DNA of 64,000 nucleotides. It comes from Lama glama. Its lineage: Eukaryota. The translations under genes were made by a program, and so were the position numbers. Of the stretch, positions 61,301 to 64,000 are shown piece by piece (positions within the stretch are counted from its first letter, which is position 1; each line of letters starts with the position of its first letter). Under the pieces are notes generated by a model, which did not search any database, had not been told where the DNA came from, and saw only the letters and a program-made list of their open reading frames with translations. The DNA is taken from positions 186,001 through 250,000 of the forward strand of contig JAPYYK010000270.1 of the NCBI GenBank assembly GCA_028534125.1, given 5' to 3'.

Positions 61301-63439
61301 TACTCCTATCAAAATTATAGAGTACAAATTTCAGCTAAAAATAGGTAAGTGCTTTTAATTAAAATTGTTAGGTGCCTAGGTGATTAAAAATTAGGGACTC
61401 CCCAATATTTTTGTCCTACTTCTTTAATATTTGGAGAAAGTACCATATCATTTCAATGCTATTGCAATTATAGGACCATTTTGATGAGACCATGTGGAGG
61501 AGTTAATTACAAGATGACTGATCCCTGAATTTTACTCCAAAATAAAGTAAGAATGGTGGGATTGTGTAGAATTTTCTTATATATGCAAGCAATATGACGT
61601 CAGTATTTAAAAAACAGTTTAGATGATAACAATTGTGATTATTTGATTATTTTCAATTTAAAAAGTATTAAAAATACAGACAGTGGAAGAACAAAGAGTA
61701 TAGGTTAAACATACAGTATTTTAAAACTACAGTTGTGCCAAATTATTTTGTGTCTTTCAAAATATAAATTAACTAATGTAAATTACAGATGTCATGACTG
61801 CAATTTAGGAATTCATCTGGATTTTAATATTAGTTTTTCAAGGGTAACCATGTTTAGTATTGCCACTTCTCAAAATAAAAATATTTTATTGGAAGCATTT
61901 TTGTAACAATTCTTGGTTTTCTGATTCAAAAGTTGGATGATTGGTAGAATACTAAAATTGGTCAATTAATTGTATGTTTCTGTGATCTTAACACTGCATT
62001 TCTATAGATGTTTTATTCTATTTATAGTGATAATGTGTTAATTTTAAGTTACTTGTCATCTCTCTCAACCTCCACTTAATAGTTTATATAAATAAGCCTT
62101 GTAATACTTTCTTTTTCATGCTGTCAATAATTAAAAATTCATGTCTTCCTGTGGATTTTTTCTCTGCATTGCATATTCTTAAAGTGTATTTGTACCACAA
62201 GAGCATGTAATGAATTATTCTAAGCTTGGGCACTGATCAGTCACAATATCTAATACTTTATGAAGCATTTAAAAACATGATCCTTTTAGTTTTTAAAAGG
62301 TTGACATCACTTCATAATAAGTTAACTTAGAACCACAAGAAAACAACTTTGAGAACACTGGAGTGAGCGGGAGAAGGGGAAGCTATTGCTGCAACTGCAA
62401 TGTAAATGTAATTTTATTGATCTTGGACAAAGGTAATATTTGACAAATATTGGGGTGCCATAGCAGAGGAAGCTTCCCTAATGCTGGCTCCTACTCTGAA
62501 CAAATGGGTCTCCAAAAGGCGTGGGAGAATCATGTTATAGATTTTTGTCCCAGAGGTTATATGCAGTCAGTGTCAGGTTTCTGGAAGGTTTTTAAAAGAC
62601 ATATGCAGTGCTGCTGCACTTGTAACACAATACCACCATCCTTGTGATGATGCGTACGTCACATGATGATCTTATACTTTTACGGTGCCTGTGATTTACA
62701 AAGCACTTCCACTTATCCATTTCAGAGACTCCTCAACACCCCTTCAAGATGGTTAAGACGTTACCTCCATTTTTATAGTTTTGGATACCGGGGCTCACTG
62801 AAGGTTTGTCTTGAGAATGAGTGGGGGAGGTAGGATTTGAATTCAGGTTTATCACATTGAGTCTCTTGGCATTTCTGCCATTCTACACTAGAGGTGAGGA
62901 AGCCTGTCTGTATAATGAATCTGTGCAGTGACGGAGTGGGCCTAGTTGCCTGCAAAGAACCACTGCAACTATGAAATTCTATTTTCCAAAAAAATAATGT
63001 ATCTTCTTCCAAAATTGTATTTTGAAAATTATTTTAAAATATCCACCCGGGAACTATATCATGGATCTAAAGAGGGGCTTCCCCAGGGAGCCAGCCTTCA
63101 CAGAACTCATTCTAGATGTACTGAATTCCACAGATCGCCTTTGCACACTTGGCGTTTAACAGTTCAGAGTAAATGTGTTTGTAAGAATGAGACTCATACT
63201 CTCACAATTATTATTGTAAATAGTAAGTATTACTTTAAAGCTATAAATCTAACAGTGCAAAATACAATTAGGAGAGAGACAACAACAGCCACACTTGTGT
63301 ATTTCTGAATCCAAAACTTTAGTCTTGCTAACAGCTGCTTAGTTGGAGACATAGCACATTGTACAAAAGCTAAACTGTTAAAAATGATTTGTTTTCCTGA
63401 TTGTTTTTAATGTCATGTTCCTGGATGAAAGCCAAAGAA

Positions 63440-63830
63440 TCTAGCATTTTTGAGCACTTAGTATGTGCCAAGACCTTTCCTGTATGTTACCTCATTTCCT
63501 CCTCAAGAGTCTTCAAGACAGGTGCCATTATCTCTGGAAAAAGACTCAGGGAGGTTAATTAAACTTGCTCAGGGTCATACAGCTATTAAGGAAAGAACTC
63601 ATGCTGAGACCCAAGTTGATCTGACCGCAGAGCTCATGCTCTACACAGGTAATTCTCAAAGTTTTCATGTGCATCAGGATCTTATGGAAGAGGGTCTGTT
63701 ATAACATGATTGCTGGCCCCATCCCCAAGTAGATATGGGTGGGGCCCAAGAACATCCATTTCCAACAAGTTCCCAGGTGGTTGGAGCTAGTGCTCCTAAT
63801 TTGAGGACCACACTCAGGGACATCACTACC
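63440..63830. mobile_element. MIR followed by MER5A-like MITE
   Basis: gagcacttagtatgtgcca...ggttaattaaacttgctcagggtcatacagct; then ttctcaaagtt...ggtggggcccaagaa...aacaagttcccaggtg. Confidence 0.65.
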
Positions 63831-64000
63831 TCGTCTTCCAAGTGCCTCTTTGAACTCACATGATAGACACAATTGTTTTACTGCAGAAAAAAATATGATT
63901 TCTGTAATTTATAAAATATTTTGATTTACAATTATAAATCTACTTAAGTAACTGATCTACTTTTTTTTAAGTTGAAGTATAGCCATATGTACTTTTGGTT

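Overview
Mammalian genomic DNA, most likely a cetartiodactyl. A camelid is inferred from the MSSDG- MDA5 N-terminus, the artiodactyl-type L1 3' ends, and the lack of recognisable Bov-tA, PRE-1, CHR or Alu SINEs. The window holds the 5' part of IFIH1 (MDA5; exons 1-3, minus strand, both CARDs plus part of the linker) and, divergently, GCA (grancalcin; plus strand). Seven GCA coding exons are visible, and exon 6 most likely lies inside a 132-nt N gap. The rest is introns, two CpG-island promoters, old repeats (L1, L2, MIR, hAT/Tigger, MaLR/ERV LTRs) and assembly gaps. No prokaryote-type system or novel protein-coding gene is supported. The best leads are regulatory and RNA-level: a U12-type intron in GCA, a recursive-splice/poison-exon configuration in GCA intron 1, ISREs on both sides of the IFIH1-GCA interval with possible IFN-inducible GCA transcription from the IFIH1 promoter, co-oriented CTCF motifs, a GC/CpG burst reshaping the end of MDA5 CARD2, and tandem U1-type sites in the GCA 3' UTR. 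Repeat boundaries and family names come from visual recognition and are approximate. Human/mouse comparisons are from memory and need alignment.
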